Shown: positions 1-42,745 of the stretch, piece by piece
How the letters are laid out: each line of letters begins with the position of its first letter
How positions within the stretch are numbered: the first letter of the stretch is position 1
From: Octopus vulgaris
Taxonomy: Eukaryota
Reading direction: 5' to 3'
Assembly: GCA_951406725.2 (NCBI GenBank)
Contig: OX597819.1
Coordinates: forward strand, 75,268,001-75,332,000
DNA length: 64,000 bases
Program-made: the position numbers and the translations under genes
Notes under the pieces: model-generated
The model's database searches: none
What the model saw: only the letters and a program-made list of their open reading frames with translations
Told to the model about the DNA's origin: nothing

Positions 1-1340
1 ATAGATAATTCAAATTGCTATTGAATTGTAATTATTTTTAAGGAAAGAATTTACAACAATAATTCAGTATTCAAATCAGTCATTGTTAACATGTTGGTAG
101 TAAAAAAAATCACACCAATCAAATTCTAGTTTCATTTTTATATGAATAAATTCACTAACACATTTGTTAAAATTATGATGTTGTAATTTTGAAATGTTCA
201 GCCTTGTTGCTGAAAGCATTTAATAAATGTAAATTGACTTGAATTAGCAGAAAACTTTTCCCTTTTTTTTTGCCCCACTCAAACTTATATCTTTCAGTCA
301 AATTCATTTTACATATTAGATTTAAAATGCATTAATTCACACAAGAGAAAGAATCCTATTTAAGCTATACATATTGATGCTTGCATTTTGAAACCATTTC
401 ATATTTGGGTTTTGTTCTGTTAAAATTTAACCATTTATTATTTTTTTTACATAAAAGCCTTCCTAATCTGATTTTTATTTTATTTTATTTTAAGCTGTCT
501 GGTAAGCACTCCCAATGATTATTGTTTGAAATTAAAAAGATAGTAAAAATATTCTGTATTACAGTTGAAGTGAAAATTTAAATTGCAACTCTATAATTGT
601 AATTTAGAACCTAGTCTAATTGAGAATGGTTTTTAAAATTCTCATGCTGATGATTACTTGCGAATAAATTCTCAAGGTTATTTGACATATAAACATTGTT
701 TTAGTCATGTAGTTCCAAATTTTTTTGGTTCAGATGAAAGTTTAACAAAAAAGTTCTGCAATCTATTGATTTAACTCCTCTATATTGAGTGATACAACAA
801 TATTTGAAGAGGATTTTTTTCTTTTCTCAAACTGTAAAAAATAATTTTATTTATATATTGCAGTAAATGGGGGTGGGGTGAGCAGTAGAATGGTTTAGAG
901 TTGCTCAAGGGATGTTTTCACTATTTCTTTTAATTGATCAATTATAATAATCAGAAATGGAGAGTGCATTGAGACATTTTATAATTTAATTAGTTCTGAG
1001 TTATATTTTGTTTTAAACTGTAGTTTTAATTTTAAAGTTTCTTTTATATTATATTCATTAAATGTTAATTTTCATTTATTGTAAATTAAGTTTATATTAT
1101 TAACTGTTAATTTAGAAAATTTAATTTTTACTTAATCATATAGCAAAAAGAAGCTCTCAAATAGCTGCAGATTAAAACAATTAACTTTATTATTTGTTGA
1201 TTTTTTTTTTTTTAAACAGCCAATTCACATCATTAGAGCTATCTTATAAGTGAAGGATTGATCACTGTACTTCGTTAAACTAATTTAAAACAAATATCTA
1301 AAGATTTATAAGAAATTGGAGTTCTGTTATTTGCTTTTAG

Positions 1341-1379
1341 GTAAATGCTGAAAACTCTGCTGTGACACCACCAACTCAG
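1341..1379 (+). CDS. Candidate 39-nt alternative (cassette) exon of clathrin heavy chain, VNAENSAVTPPTQ
   Basis: ttatttgcttttag|GTAAATGCT...ACTCAG|gtaaat; multiple of 3, stop-free in phase 0, which matches the next constitutive exon; GC-richer than its flanks. No transcript evidence. Confidence 0.5.
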
Positions 1380-4300
1380 GTAAATATGAGGAGGTTGGAC
1401 AGGGGAGCCTTCCAAAGCCTTCTTTTTTCCAAAGGATGCCTACCTACCTTACCTGTCCTAGCTATGAAATTTGGTATCACTCCAGCTATGTTCAAGCTGA
1501 TGTTTATAATCCCATACTAAATTAATGAAAAAAAAAAATTATAGATATTTTATGTTAAATGCACATTAGTCTTTCAATATATTTACATTGAGTATTACAT
1601 AAATTTACAATAATAGATAGCACTAATTCAAGATGAAATTTTGAAATATCTTGGTTTTGAAAGAAAATTTACTACTGCCATTAAGATTAAATGTTATTTT
1701 AATGAATTCAACTAACATTTGCCACTTGGAGATATGTTGGCAACTTTTTGAAAGTAAAGACAATGCCATAAGGTTGTGCAAGAAACTATGAGTAATGTGT
1801 TTGGGCAGTTATTCATTTAAAACAATTTAAGTTCTATTTTTTAAGCCTCAATTTTTTCTTTTAATTTAGTTTCCCTGTATTACCAACTTTTTGCTTAATT
1901 TTGCCTTTCAATTCCCTTTTGATATCATTTAAAATTTTTTCTTTTACATAAATTAGAGTTTATTAAATCTAAAAATGCTTGAGATCAGATCTATTATTTT
2001 AGTTTTTATACTTTTAAAATTTACATTTCAAAGTATTTGTAATGTTTTGCTTATAATTTAGCTACAAAACCATTCAAAAATATAAAATTATAAATTTTCT
2101 CAGCATTTCCAGTTTCCTTTAAATGAAGAGTAGTTTTTAAAATATTTTGCATCCTATATAATTCTTTAGTTAAATGTTTGTATAACACTAAGATCTAAAC
2201 ATAGTTTTTCCCTTTATTTATTAATTTTCCCCTACTCTTAAAGTACATTAGATATTTTATAACTAAATAAAGGTCTTGTAAGCATTACATCTATTTTTGA
2301 CATACCTTGAAACCAGCATATCTAGTAGCTAGATTATCTACTTAGTTTGAATGCCTTGCAATCCATTAAAAAAAATGGTTTTATATATTTTCCCCAGTTG
2401 GTTTGTTATCAAAGTTTGTTATCCAATGAATGCTTAATGAATTCACATGATATGACATTGTGGTCAGCAGCCTTTCCATTCTAAAATGTGATGTGATTTT
2501 TGCATGAAATAATGAAAGTTTGTTTAAATATTACTTTCCATTACCAGCACTTCTAAACTGCAAGGTGGGTAGAGGTTTGTAAATTGAGTTTAATTCCATG
2601 AGTTAAGACTCTTTCACATAAAGGACCACATGATACACATTCTGAACATAATGGAATTGCTTATTGAAAATAGATCATTTAGTATAATTTCAATTACCAA
2701 ACAATAAATAAGTTCTTTATTTTCATAAATTGTTTGCATTTAATTTATACCTGATCCCAAGCATTAAAGAACATGGTCTTTGTTTTACCTTTTGTGATCC
2801 AATTATCAAGCATAAATATGAAATTAATTAAAGCATTTCGTGGATGACACTGAAATCTATTCCTTAAACCATCTGTGTTTATAAAAATCTCCACCTAATT
2901 CATGAGAATGGAGATTTGTGTTTACACCAATACTAACCATTCCTTCCTTACCCTAGTAGCTATTTGGATGTTATTTGTTGTGAGCCTCTTAAGCTTTCAG
3001 TTCAAGCCCTGTATAGCTCCTATGTTTTTGCACTGCTCAAGTGCAGAAAACTGCAACTTTTTGAACCAGTTAAATGTATCTTGAAAGATCTGAACAGTGG
3101 TAAACCTCAGATCGGCTCATTAGATTTCTCTTTGACAAATTTCTGATGAAGTAGTTCAGATTATTAGCCAAATTTTATTCTATTAATCTTTCAAAAAATC
3201 ATTTATTCTTTATTGATGAGCTGTTTAGTCCCTTTTATTATTCATAAAAAATATATTGAGCTTAAATCTCGCTTGCTTTTTGCCTCCTAATAACTCATTT
3301 TCTTGTCTTCTGTTAAAGACATTGTATTTGCTTTCACTTTGAACTAACCAACCATTAGCCTGGGCTAACTTCTGTTTGTCTTTACAAACTTGATATATTA
3401 GTAATGGTAAGCACCATCATGAGGTGGTAAGTTCTGAACAAAGTCTGCTAACTAATTTTAATTTTCTTGTAGAATTGCTTCCACTGAGGTCATGGTAATT
3501 CTTTGAGAAAGCTGTGAATATAACTTTCTTGTTTTCTCTTAAATATCGAGCTGATGTCTCCCATATTTAGCTTGATCTTTGATAGAAAAATATTACAACT
3601 CTAGTGAACATTCAATGAAATCTCAATTTGTGAAATTTTCACAGTTTAATTACATTTTTTTCCCTAGAAAAAACTTTGATGTCACTTTCTGTCAGTTGCC
3701 CATTGTTTTATTGCTCTTCATATATGAATGTTAAACTTACTAATGTCAACTTCATTTCATCTTCATCAGAAAAGAAAGAATCTGTATTAATTTCATTTGT
3801 ATACTTAGTATATTGTACAATAGGTAACTAATGAAATAATTAGTGCTACTACTTACTTAGGATCTAAATTCCATGTGATAAGTAATTAGCCTAACTAAAA
3901 AAAAAAGAAAATTGTTTATAAACCCTTGGAAGAAACAAGGAGTCAGACAAAGAGTGGTCATAATTTTCATCTAGTTTGAGTCTAATTTCATTGTTGTTGT
4001 CAACCATGAATACTATCTTAGACAATTAATGCTGAATTTCTACATAAACTGTTTAACGGTGAAGAGATAATTATGTAACCCCATAGAGCATATCAATTCT
4101 GAATAACTATATTCAGTAATGTTGAGGTTATAACCCTGAGACAGGGCATACTTGTTGATCATGTCTAAATATACATGCTTATAGAATTCTTATACTCTGT
4201 GGTATGTTATATAATTAAGTTTTGTTTTTTTTATCATTTACTGTTTACTACTAGCTAAAGAACTCTTCATGATTTCAAGTATTATCAAAAATAATTCTTG

Positions 4301-7300
4301 CCCAAACAGTAACTAGTCAGATTATGTTGGATCTGATTTTGTAAATAAAGTTAGAAGACTTTTTTACTGAGGCTGTTATTTTCTCAAATTCTTTGACAAT
4401 ATTTCTTTTGTATTTTTATCTTCAATTACTCTCTCAGTTTTTATCTTAGCTATCTTTTTCAGGCATTTTGGATTGTTTCTTTTTTCCTTATAAGATGAAA
4501 GAAAAGGAGTTATTTTCTCATGTTTATAAAAAATGTTATCTAAAGAAGTCTTATGGCTTGTCTATAGAAAAAGAACATTTAAAAAATTTTTTGCAATTCT
4601 TTATAAATTTATCATCTTCATTGCAATTTGATTTTTATTATGAATAGTATAAAAATCAAATCGCAATGAAAATAATAAATAGTTTGACTTCAACATAAAA
4701 TACTTTTAATTAGGCTGCTTCTCTTTAGCTGATTATGCATTTCATATACAAAACATTCTTTTGTTAACTAATATACACACATGCTAAATATATGTTGGCA
4801 AAAATTTGAATTTTGTTATTTTACAGGCTTCATTGATAAAAACACATTTGCACCAATTATTTTATATTATTGTTATCCTCTAAAATGATATTTTAAGATA
4901 AACTGGTTCTATTTTTTAATCTTTAATCCTTCAAAAACATGATACAACTTTTTTTTTAATAAATTTTAAAATATTAGTGATTAAAAAGAAAGACTTAATC
5001 TTTAAAAACTTTTTAAAATTCTCGTTTTGATTTTTTTTTCTGCAATACCTAGGCTTTTGAAGTTATAAGTATTTAATCGAGCAAACATTAGAATTTTAAA
5101 TATATTCCCTATATCTCTAATATTTTATGGATTCTTGCTAAAACTGAACACTCAATCACAACCTACTTCATTTTGAAAATTTTTTGACTTAGAAATAATT
5201 TCCATTTGACTAAAATATATAAAATAATACTTTTTTTTTCCTTGTTATGAAATAGAAATAAACTTAACTGATTGAACAATTCTTGTGTGTATGCATGTAA
5301 GCACAACACATTCAATTTCCAATACCATATCACTTCTCAATTAGTAATTATATTTTTTTTAAATAGTTTTAAGAAAATCACAGAAAATATGTAAAATATC
5401 GAGTATTTTTTTTCTCTACATAGAGAGCTCAAATTCTAAAATGAAATCCTTAATTTTGAGTTTCTGGAAAGGCTGAATATGAAGCATGTTTGGGTTAGCT
5501 AGTTAGTGCATGCCTTTAGTATAGATCCAGTTGGAGAGCATGTCCATGCTTCTTGGCCAGCACTTGGTAAAAACTATCACTATAATTTTAAATGATTTTG
5601 AAATTATTAAATTATAAAGAAAATTTATTGTAAAAAAGATCTTTTTTTTTAAACTCTTGAACCACCTTGTAGGAACATTTTTTTTTAACATAAAAATTGT
5701 TGAAACATATTTTAAAATCTTCAATTTTTCTGGTACAATTGTAATAAATCATTTAGTAATTACAGAATTGTTAATGTGCCAACATTCTGTGGACAATGTT
5801 CTGATGCATGGATGTCTTGCTACATAGAAGTTCTGAACAATAGTCTTCTCCTACACCACTCTCCTATGTTGTTGGGTATTGTCACACCAGTTTCATTTGT
5901 GCTCTTTATGAGCTTTATTGTCAATACTAAAAGCATGCTTTAAGGACTGGTGCATAAGTTTAAAATAAATTAATGGATGTTCATATAATTGTTTGATGTG
6001 TATTTCCACTTGTCTCAATGTGCACTCTTGTCAAAATCAGATTACGTTATCATTTATTCTTGATTTTATCCTCATGAATTAATCCATTTGGTTCAAGCTA
6101 TACAATGATTCTAAAAATTTATTTTGTATTTTGCCAGATTTAGGCACCCATACAGCATACATCTATATTTAATGTAAATCTAAAGATGAAGCTCAGTGAC
6201 TATTTTTCTAGCAAATTCTTCCAATGTAGATAATGCCTATGCACACTAAAAATAAGTTCTTTTAGTATTAAACTCAGATGAATGCTACAATTCAAGATTT
6301 TAAAATCTAGATCTTTTAATACTTATTAATACCTCTTTTTATGAAGCTCCATCTGCTGGAATCTTTATTCAGAGGAATAATGAAACTAAAAAGACAAACT
6401 TATCCTTCGATTTTTATTCAGCCATATTTCTAATAAACCTTGAAAAGTTTGATATTTCTCTGGATTAGTTAAATCAAAGTCATTTGGATTAATACTTATT
6501 ACTCTTACTAAATCCATGTCATCCTTGATGATTTTTTCCTCTTATCTGAAAAAAAAAAAATTATTAAAGGAGTGCAATCAAAAGGGGAGAGACATCACTG
6601 TACATATATTCATGCATATGTTGTTCCACCCCATTTTAAAATTTATCCTTTGTTAGTTCTCCTTTCATTAGGTTATTGTTATTCAATACTTTCTGATTTT
6701 TTATCCAACGGGTTAAGAAAATTTACATGGGTATTTTACAGCTGGGTTTTTCGTTCCTCTTTTTCAGCCAAGAGGCTTTATTTTACCTGTCTGATTTTAT
6801 TCCACATTTATTATCACCCTCTTTTCCCCCCCAATTATAGTTGTTATCTTCATTTTCAATATTATTTAGTTTATTCAAATGTCTTGCACCATTACTCCTT
6901 CATATGTTGTGCATATCTTATTTCCAAACATTGAAAGTTTTTTCTTTCATTGTTCAAATTCTATTGTCATTTGAAATAAAATTTGACCTGCTCATTTTAC
7001 AAGTATCAATTGAAACTGCTGATCTGTAAGTTAGTCATTTCAGACCTTGGCTAGTGAACTGTTACTATTTAATTCTATAAAAATGGTTTACAACTTTAGC
7101 AATGTTAGCATACATTATGGTGTAATAATTTAGTTGTGAATATATGCCTCACTTTTACATCCATTTTTTTTTATGTTGGCATGGGATGGACAAAACTTAT
7201 TGAGGCAGGTTTTCTATAACCATATGCACTTCTTGTTGCCAGTCTTTGTTTTTCAAGTAATGTGGGCAGGGTATGTGTGTGTGTATACAAATACATCCTG

Positions 7301-7302
7301 CC

Positions 7303-7346
<44 letters not shown>

Positions 7347-7879
7347 CTGGCCTTGCCCTTTGTTTCTATAGTAGAAATGAATTGTGAAAATCTATCTAAA
7401 TAAAGAATATTTTTCAGATTGGAAAAGAGTTAAAAGATCTAAATTGGGTATTGGGTTTCCTTAACTTTTTACTTTTCCATTAAATTATTCTAACAAAGGC
7501 ATCAGTTTCATTTTGGGACATACTTTGCTGGCAGCGCAATGCAATTGCTCAACACTCCCAAATATATTATCTAGGTTGTTTTTCTGTTGCAAGAGACATT
7601 AATGATTACCTTTTATTGTTTCATATTTTTTAATTCTGATTATCTTCCACTTTTTAAACTTTACAAAAACTTAACTGTTGGCAGTGTTTACATTTCAAGT
7701 ATTTATTGGAAAGTTTAAACTTAAATATAAGAAAAATGTAATCTGTTCATTTTCCAACAAATTATAAAATAATAGAATGAGTCTTTCTTTATAATTATCA
7801 TTTTTATTTCATTCACTTGAATTATTTATTTATTTTTTTTTTTTTACTTGTGTGAAACTCAATGGTATCCATATTTCTC

Positions 7880-9960
7880 TCACAGTATATATGAGGGATG
7901 GATGCATATGGTATGAGGTTGGTGATGCAGTTGAAGATTAATAGTCTAAAAAAGACAATTGTAGAATTCTTGGGAAAATTTAGTCCTGTACAGAAAAGAT
8001 TGTGTAAAAGTGTTTAGTGCTTGATCTTGGGAGTGAGGCATTGTAGGGGTAATGGGAAAGGATGAAGTAGTTCTAATATGTCAGGTGAAGGCCTGAGTTC
8101 AACTATAGAAGTAGTGAAGAAACAGCAATCCAACAATTGAAATATTAAGTAAAACTTTGTATAGTAGCCAAAAGACTGTGCTTTGGACGTGGTCTTACGC
8201 ATTTGTATTTGTGCAATAATAGCATGCCATATTTGCATGAAATTCACCAAAGGAGGTAGAGGGATGGTAGAGGGACCAGGACAAGTATTTTCTGGCTACT
8301 TTTTGAGAAGTGGTTTTAGTAAGGCTGTCTAGAAGCAATTGTCTTGAAAAATCGAGCTTTAGAAATATAGCCTTTGAAGCAAATTTAGAGGCTTAGTATG
8401 TTTCTATATATAGATAGGATTTTTTCATGGTGATTGTCTTGATACTGTGCAAATAGACTGAGTTATCATTTTCCCATGGGGGACTGTTTTCAAGGTCTTG
8501 TTCTTGAAGGCAGTTTGTCTGTTGTCAATTGTATGTATTGGGTTGTCCGGAAAGTTTGTGCTGATTTTTAAAGGAAAGAAAAAGGTCAATAAATACTTAC
8601 CATTACATTTTTAATCAACCAAATATGAACCATTTTGTTGCACAATGCATCTCCATCTTTACTTTAACTTGAAAATACCCTCTTCCTAGGATTGAGGTGG
8701 TTTCATGGCAGAGAATTCATCAAGGTATCTTTTTACGTCATCCAAGGAATTGAAATTTTTACCATTAAGACTATTCTGCAGAGACCTGAGTAAGTGGAAA
8801 TCCAAAGGAGCAATATCTGGTGAATATGGAGGGTGGGATAACACATCCCAGCTGAGCTGCAGCAATTTTTGTCTGGTTCCCAAAGCATCAAATGCCGAAA
8901 ATGAACTTATCTTCCATTTTAAAGGGTTACGGAATTAACACAGGTTATAGGAACATAAATCTTCTTCCATGAAAAGATAGCTTAAACTGTGCTCTAAATG
9001 GAGGTGTAGTCAAATCCTATTTTATGGACTCAACCATGTTCTAAAATAAGTCGGAAGGTAAGCTACTATAAATCACACAAACTTTCCGGACAACCCAATA
9101 GATGGAGCTTGTCTGAAGTTTAACAGAAATGAAATGGTAAATGATATTGACTGTGTTGTTAGAAGTGACAGCAAGGTCATTCATGTAGAGAAGGGAAGGG
9201 TGTGGGAAACCATATTTTGAATTGATATTCTCTGTTGCTCTCACTCACACACATTGTCGGAACATCCTTTAATGGAAACAGTTTGACCAGCAACTTCTAG
9301 TCTGAGGAGTGAGATGGATAGAATAAACAGGCAAGTAGTTAAGTGAAGATGGTTTTCATACCAGACACATTAAAAGCTTTGCTGATGTAGAGGACAATAT
9401 TTCTTTTGCCAAAGTTCTCAAAGGGAGAGAGTGCATTGTAGTGTGGCATATGAGAGTAAATCTCCAGTAGATCTATGGAAATGGTAAAAGGAATTAGTTA
9501 AGGAGAGGAAATTTAGATAATGAAAGAGATTTATGACTCCATCACCTTTTGAACTTTTAGAGGGCAAGGAGTTAGATATTCTGAACGGGACATATTTTAG
9601 TGTTCTGTTGATTGGAATAGAGCCTGGAGTTGAAAACCATTTGAGTTGGAATGATCAGGGATATTTTTGCATTTGGTGAAATTGCATAAAATGAAAAAGT
9701 TACAGGGATTATGTATGTGTACAATGGTGTTGATGGCAAAATGAGCAGTGAATGTGATTATATCAACTGTAACAATACAACCTACTAAGCTGTTTTCGTA
9801 GGAGAATTCCTATGCATTGTTAGTAGTTTAGAGAGCAAAAGCTTGCAAACTGATGCATGAAGGCTTTCATCATTCTTTGCTTTCTTGATTGTTGTCTTGC
9901 AGGTGTTGGAATGGTGGGGTGTAAATAACAGTTGAAGAGGATTTCAGTGGAATCATTTCA
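7880..9960 (-). mobile_element. Old degenerate non-LTR retrotransposon RT fragment, interrupted by a mariner derivative; boundaries approximate
   Basis: Minus-strand RT-like remnants (SKAF..VW; LLYMNDL in ORF 9041-9244); agcaaagcttttaatgtgtctggtatg resembles agcaaagctttcaaccaggtctggtatg at ~27292. Confidence 0.55.
8538..9098 (-). mobile_element. Internally deleted mariner (Tc1/mariner) element, 561 bp
   Basis: TIRs ttgggttgtccggaaagtttgtg / cacaaactttccggacaacccaa with TA on both sides; C-terminal transposase motif WDVLSHPPYSPDIAPLDFHL (YSPDLAPSD-type). Confidence 0.93.
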
Positions 9961-11931
9961 CTAGCTCTCAGACTGTTATATCTTAAAGGTTATGGTATTA
10001 GATTTTTATCACTTTTTTGAAGAGATTTTGTTAGGTTTTTAAAGTATGTGGTAGTTTTGAAGAATCACACAAATCAGTATGATAGATTTTATTTAGTTGT
10101 CACAAGGGTTTACCAAACATTAAAAGAATGACGCTAAATGACTTCAAACACTAGAAAGCAATTATTATTGGATAAAATTCCTCCAATATTGAATTATTTC
10201 TATGACTTTGATCATATTGTTATCCAATATTCAAATTTTCAGTCATGCAAACTATTTTTTGTGTACTTACACTTCTAATAGAATAGAGCAATGGATATTG
10301 GAAATTTACAGTGCTAAGTGCTTTTATTCAAGATTATTTACAATATTTTTATTGTTACATGCATTTGACTTTATAATTCATTTTGAAAACTTAAGAAATT
10401 AATTGTTCTGAATTTGATTTCAAGCTCATGATTTCTACAACTAAGACAATTTAGACTCCTCATTAACAATGTACATTACCGGGGTTTTTTTCTTTTTTTT
10501 TTTTATAATTATAATTACCTTATAGATTTGACAAATAGCATATTTTAGCATCATTGGTAGAGAATATAGGGATGCATACAATTTTATAGAGTTATGAAAA
10601 GATTTCTATTGTTATACTTTATTAATATGTTAATATCATGATTTCATTTCATTTTAAATTAGTTTTTGTGATTCATTTATCCCACTAAATTATGTACTGG
10701 TGTTTGAATCATTCAGCTTTACTCTTTCCAAAATTAGCAGGTATCTTGTCAAAAGCAATTCTCAATTAACTGTCTATTAGTTTATATACCCTGATGAATG
10801 AGCGTTACATCAAGTATAATTATTGCTATTGTGAAATATGCAGATAATCTTGATATTTTGCTTGGGCATACATTTTATCAAACCCTATGCTTGATATTTA
10901 GTAACTTCTACTCATGACAAATTATTTCATTTATAAATGAAATGTATTAAATTTATCTTCTAATTATTTTGTCCTTTAAATTAGGTGTTCCATATTTTGT
11001 CAGATTCATATTAGATGACCAATGTAGTTTTTGTGTGTGAGTTTTTCTGTGACATTGTTTCACTTTCTATCAACCACTTAGGTCTCTGAACATGCTCTTT
11101 TTATTTCTTTTTCTATACTAAGTTTTGACAAGCTTGTTTTGCTGAAGGATTAGTTGATTTTCTATACGTACTGTTGATTGTCATAAAATATCACATGACT
11201 AACAAGCTTTTTAAGCTTTTAATTTAAAGAGAAATATGTCTCTTTCTACACTCTACCTCTACATTTTACTTTTTTTCGTTATCTGAATTGGCAAACTATT
11301 TGTGATTTGTATGTCAGGTTTTCTTTATTATCCCTGTTAATCATGATTTCTGTTGTCTAACAATTTATACCAACTGAATTTTGTTAATGATCTTCCAAAT
11401 GTAAAGGGTAATTCAATTGGAAATTCAAAAATTACAAAGATAAAGCTTCATTTGCTTTATAACTTTATTAAAAATACAATTTAAATTATTTTCTAATGAT
11501 TGCTATTTTCCAAAACTTGCAATTTCCAGTGCTTATTATTCTCCTGGTGAAGATATCAATATTAACTCTATCAAGGCATTTATAATTTTAAACTGTCTAC
11601 TACTAGACAGAATAAATATTATTGTAACTATCCCCTTCCCTATCTCTTAATGTTACTAAGACTTTAGCAGCCTGGTTATCAAGTGGTATGAATTTTTTTT
11701 CTTTCAATTTAAGCTTTCATAAACAAATCTGAAGGCTAGGGTTCTTTTCCACCCCACCCCTCTTATAAGCTGGCAATGCAATACTGCAAATATTGCAAAA
11801 TCATCTCAACTTTCTAAATATGCTTTCCTAAATTTCTTTGCATATTCATAAATAGTCTTAGCTTTTTTTTTTCTTTTTTTTTGTAACTTAATATTTTTCT
11901 TCATATCTGTAATTTTGTTTTCATTTTCTAG

Positions 11932-41635
<29,704 letters not shown>

Positions 41636-42693
41636 ACCGCGACAGCTCACCTGCCCAACCAGCCAGCAGCATGTAATTTTTATGGAAACTAATTGGACTG
41701 GCTTATGAAAAGGCCAGCAGTTTCTGCTGCCTTAGACCTTTATACTCTGCAGCATTCATTTTAGGGTGGACTTACATTGTATGGGAAGGCACATAATGCT
41801 ATTCTAATGAACATTTTCGGGACACAAGCTGATTGGTGGAATTGTGTAATTGATTTGATGGACCAGTCAATGGATTCATAAAGACAACTCACTAGCCTGA
41901 AATACACCTACATTTTTTTTAATGCACACATTTATACACACATGAACATTTGAAAATATTGTCGAAATGGTTTTCATCAAAACCAGAATTGATGTGCTGC
42001 CTTCAGCAGTGAGCTTGTAGTGAGTCAGACTAGTTTAAAATTAAATAAAATAAATATTAATGGGCTTGGCTAAGGTACCACCAAAAGATTGGTGTTGCTT
42101 AGAGGGTGGGTAATGAAGTCGGATAGCTTGACAAGATCAGGTCTTAGGGGAGTGGAGAACCAGGGGTTTGGTTGGGGTGGGTCAGGCAGGGTGCACAACC
42201 ATTCCGTAGCTGAAAGACATCTATGGGAGAGATGCTGTCTAGGAGAGGGATATGAATATTCATCGGCTTGTTTTTTGAATAGCTTTGTCAATTATGTAGA
42301 ACTCCTGATGCCAGGAAAAATATTGAAAATTAAAACAAGAACTTTTGGGGAATTAAAAAGGTAAAAAGTAATTAAAAAATCTAGGAAATTTAGTAGTTGA
42401 AAGTATAAAATTCTTGTTTACTCTACACACTGTTGTGTATTCATTAACTCACGCACACTCATGCAGTCCAGCAAGAAAACTAACTAATGGTGAATTAAAT
42501 GGCCATTAGATAGATTGCATGTGTGTACTCAGTCTCAGAGAAACCTGTGTAAATTAATTTTTGTAGCCATGGCTTTTAGTGGGAGAGAGCGTATTGCTCC
42601 AGCTTTTTCTCCCCTTGACTTCTTACTGGGAAGGAAATTTAAAATACAGTTTTCAGAAGACTCATTTTCTCTCTTTCTCCCTCTCTCTTTTTC

Positions 42694-42695
<2 letters not shown>

Positions 42696-42725
<30 letters not shown>

Positions 42726-42745
42726 TCTCTCTCTCTCTCTCTCTC
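42696..42745. repeat. (CA)n(CT)n microsatellite in presumed clathrin 3' UTR
   Basis: Direct read. Confidence 0.9.

Noticed and set aside
2548-2564. 17-nt segment between an AG and AAG|GTGGGT
   Set aside because: Stop codon in phase 0 and frameshifting on its own; indistinguishable from a cryptic site.
3402-3494. Cluster of donor-like (GTAAGC, GTAAGT) and acceptor-like sites
   Set aside because: Implied exons of 16, 22 or 25 nt are out of frame or contain stops; no further support.
5330-6560. Possible very old CR1-like fragments on both strands
   Set aside because: Motifs too decayed to define boundaries or family by eye.
6572-7029. 120-aa and 62-aa hydrophobic ORFs
   Set aside because: F/L/Y/I-rich translations expected from T-rich intron sequence; no homology.
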